Positions 61,655-64,000 of a stretch of DNA of 64,000 nt are shown here, in pieces. Where the stretch lies: the NCBI GenBank assembly GCA_963799845.1, contig CAWCYI010000004.1, positions 1,248,001 through 1,312,000 on the forward strand, in the 5' to 3' direction. Origin of the DNA: an uncultured Nitrososphaerota archaeon (GTDB lineage: Archaea > Thermoproteota > Nitrososphaeria > Nitrososphaerales > CADDZS01). Under the pieces are notes generated by a model. That model did not search any database and was not told the origin of the DNA. It saw nothing but the letters and a program-made list of their open reading frames with translations. Positions within the stretch are counted from its first letter, which is position 1. Each line of letters starts with the position of its first letter. The position numbers and the translations under genes were made by a program.

Positions 61655-62440
61655 TCACTTATGTGATACTGCCTGACATATCGCAGTGAGCACAGAATCA
61701 AAATTTCCACTCTCCAGCACCGTGCCAACAACGACAATATCAGCGCCCGCGGTTGAGGCAAGTGTGGCTGCTTCCGGAGACGTTATTCCTCCACCTACTA
61801 TGAGGGTGCCCGCATAGACCTTCCTTACCGCCGAGATCATCGCTTGTGATACCCGTCCATCGGCACCTGATCCTGCCTCCAAATACACGAAACGCATGCC
61901 AAAATACTCCGCAGCGAGTGCGTACATCGCAGCAAGACTCGGTTTATTTGGTGGGATCCCCTTAGCCCTGCCCACAAATCCGGCAGCTCCCCCATCTCCC
62001 ACGATCAAATATGCCATCGGAATCGCTTCAAGATTGTACTTTCTTATAGCTAAAGCACCTAAAGCCTGTGCTTCGGTGATAAAATACGGGTTATCAGAAT
62101 TCATCAGACATGAAAAGAAGATGGCATCCGCGCTTGGTGACACACCTGTGACATTTCCCGGAAACAGTATCACTGGTGATGTCACAGAAGCCTTTATCGT
62201 TCTCACTACCTCTTCGAGTTCGATCTGGTCCACCGCAGTCGAGCCCCCCACGAGAATAGCTCTCGCTCCGCAGTTTTCAACTCTTGCAGCAATACTTGCT
62301 GCCTGGGCGGGGGAAATATTCTCAGAGTCTAAGAGGCCGACGCAAATAGTACCTTGAGATTTTATGAGGTCTCTAAGCTTCGATTCTGTTTGCCTCAGAG
62401 GTAGGCGCACCCGTTTGTCCTGCGTTGAATCGATCAACAA
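61655..62440 (-). CDS. Geranylgeranylglyceryl phosphate synthase (true start probably slightly downstream of 62440)
   Basis: ILVGGS, PVILFPG, YLEAGSGA, VGGGI and GADIVVVG motifs. Confidence 0.93.
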   Translation of the reverse strand: MLIDSTQDKRVRLPLRQTESKLRDLIKSQGTICVGLLDSENISPAQAASIAARVENCGARAILVGGSTAVDQIELEEVVRTIKASVTSPVILFPGNVTGVSPSADAIFFSCLMNSDNPYFITEAQALGALAIRKYNLEAIPMAYLIVGDGGAAGFVGRAKGIPPNKPSLAAMYALAAEYFGMRFVYLEAGSGADGRVSQAMISAVRKVYAGTLIVGGGITSPEAATLASTAGADIVVVGTVLESGNFDSVLTAICQAVSHK

Positions 62441-62654
62441 ACTCGTTGTAAATATCTATAGGCTCTTTCCCCGCATTCGGGATCTCCTGACTTGTACCGC
62501 AGCTTCCGCATGAGATAATAGTCGTTGTTTCCTTCGGCTGTAATCTCACCGAAACCATTCCACAATTCGGACAAGTGAAAACTTTAGGCAGTGTCTTCTT
62601 TACTACGTGAACTACTCTTCTTCGTCTACGACCCAATTCCTTTCTTACCGTCAT
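62373..62654 (-). CDS. elf1: Transcription elongation factor Elf1 homolog
   Basis: GRRRRR...LPKVFTCPNCG...CGSCG...EPIDIYNEFVD. Confidence 0.88.
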   Translation of the reverse strand: MTVRKELGRRRRRVVHVVKKTLPKVFTCPNCGMVSVRLQPKETTTIISCGSCGTSQEIPNAGKEPIDIYNEFVDRFNAGQTGAPTSEANRIEA

Positions 62655-62834
62655 ATTTCACGCATCTCCGAACGCATAAATTAGTTGCTAGACGAGCGTT
62701 ATAATAAATCCAATATCTGCGCCCAAATGTTATCCAAATTGTATAAAATATAAGGAAAATATCGGCCAATTTGAATTTTCGACTGTCCTGAATTTGTAAT
62801 ACATTTTTGTATAACCGCCTGTAGATCTGGATCA

Positions 62835-63233
62835 ATGCTAGAGGACATCAGAAACGATACCATTGCTACTTTCCTTCTGCAAAAAAGCAATTTGACGGAG
62901 GTTCAGCTTGACACGATTCTCGCCTCGGAAGAAATTGGAAATTTGGATTTCAAAAGAGGATTGAGAGAGAAACGCAAGGTTTCAAAAGGATCCTTTGCCC
63001 GGACACTTAAACAGGCTCATGAAAATATAGAAGCATCGCTCTACACAATTTTCCTACTCGCTTATCTTGACTTGGTGCGCCCAGAGAAAATCGGGCAGTT
63101 CGTTCGAAATACCCTGATGCTGGGGGAATTGAAGAGCGTGAAACCGCAAAGGGAAGATTTCTTGAAAGTCATAGATGCAATGGAAGGTTACGTTCAAAGC
63201 TTTGCCAAGGGCGAGCGAAAGCTTATTGTGTGA
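62835..63233 (+). CDS. Hypothetical protein with an HTH-like segment
   Basis: LLQKSNLTEVQ...VSKGSFARTLKQA..NI..SLYTI.LL.Y. Confidence 0.7.
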   Translation: MLEDIRNDTIATFLLQKSNLTEVQLDTILASEEIGNLDFKRGLREKRKVSKGSFARTLKQAHENIEASLYTIFLLAYLDLVRPEKIGQFVRNTLMLGELKSVKPQREDFLKVIDAMEGYVQSFAKGERKLIV

Positions 63234-63251
63234 TATTGTCTTTCGATTTTT

Positions 63252-63908
63252 GTGATGGCCGTCACGACCGATGACTATATCACGATATTATCGCTCGGGA
63301 TATCGATTGTTTCTGTTGCACTTGTGATTTTTGTATCCGCTCGCATGGAAAGACGGGTCAAGTCGCAATATCACATCCCGGAAGCAGCCTCTTCCGATTA
63401 TCAGGTAGAAGTTTCTGCCATCGTAACTGAATTTAATCAGCGACTGAAACGGCTTGAGGAAAACTTGGTTGATCAAAAAGTGAAGCTTGAGATTATGGAA
63501 TTGAAAGCGTCCCGGGCGGTTCAGGGTCCAAATTTGCCAGTTCATGAAGTAGAGACGGGGAGAACTTTCTCGCAACGCGATAAGTTGCATAATCCTGTGA
63601 TGAATATGGAACGAGCTTCAATGGAAAAGGCAGCTCAAGCTTCGGGTACGAGAATTCCCTTACAGGGACAGTTTCCCGATCAGGATAAGAAGCTGGGAGT
63701 AACTGAATTGGAGGCCCTGCGATTGGTGTTTGAGGGCCGCGGTAAGATCAGCGCCAAAGAGATTCAACAGAGGATCGGGCGTACTAGAGAACACACTGCG
63801 CGGATGATGAACTCTCTCTATCATGACGGGCTCGTGGAACGTGATGTGACAGCCAGGCCTTTTTCATACTCCATCACAGAGAAAGGTCGAGATTTACTGA
63901 ACGATTAG
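63252..63908 (+). CDS. TM plus coiled-coil plus C-terminal wHTH protein
   Basis: N-terminal TM segment; heptad region; SAKEIQQRIGRTREHTARMMNSL...GLVER...YSITEKG. Confidence 0.8.
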   Translation: MMAVTTDDYITILSLGISIVSVALVIFVSARMERRVKSQYHIPEAASSDYQVEVSAIVTEFNQRLKRLEENLVDQKVKLEIMELKASRAVQGPNLPVHEVETGRTFSQRDKLHNPVMNMERASMEKAAQASGTRIPLQGQFPDQDKKLGVTELEALRLVFEGRGKISAKEIQQRIGRTREHTARMMNSLYHDGLVERDVTARPFSYSITEKGRDLLND

Positions 63909-64000
63909 AATGTAGTTGAACGAATTTCTGAAAAGAGATCTGAAAAAATGGGAAAGTTTTTGTCTAGATCATGCAATCAACATATTACCTTCCTGGGGGC

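Overview
Archaeal window. PolD large subunit, Elf1 and GGGP synthase at 58-63 kb point to a PolD-bearing TACK lineage, most likely Nitrososphaerota (Thaumarchaeota); this placement is an inference. Layout: (1) 0-7 kb, a variable island of small membrane or secreted proteins, transposase debris, short dispersed repeats and a complete IS630. (2) 7-30 kb, peptide and N-compound uptake and catabolism genes: three family-5 binding proteins, DppBC, M29/M20/S9/M24 peptidases, an aminotransferase, DUF1989, an LLM oxidoreductase and a TRP14-like thioredoxin. (3) 33-37 kb, a nitrite/NO module: NirK-cupredoxin fusion, a ubiquitin-like GG-terminated protein with a twin-arginine-like signal, a hemerythrin and a Bat-type regulator, with twin palindromic promoters. 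(4) An IS1111-type IS110 element whose empty target site can be rebuilt and whose right end carries candidate bridge/seekRNA guides. (5) 42-53 kb, an operon of 2-oxoacid:ferredoxin oxidoreductase, HdrA-MvhD, HdrC/D and EtfAB, with a perfect 14-bp inverted-repeat operator that recurs upstream of an unannotated 55-aa zinc-finger gene. (6) Housekeeping genes. About a dozen genes carry 1-nt frameshifts, mostly insertions, which are probably sequencing errors. No CRISPR, tRNA or rRNA was recognised. All family calls come from motif recognition by eye, not database searches.
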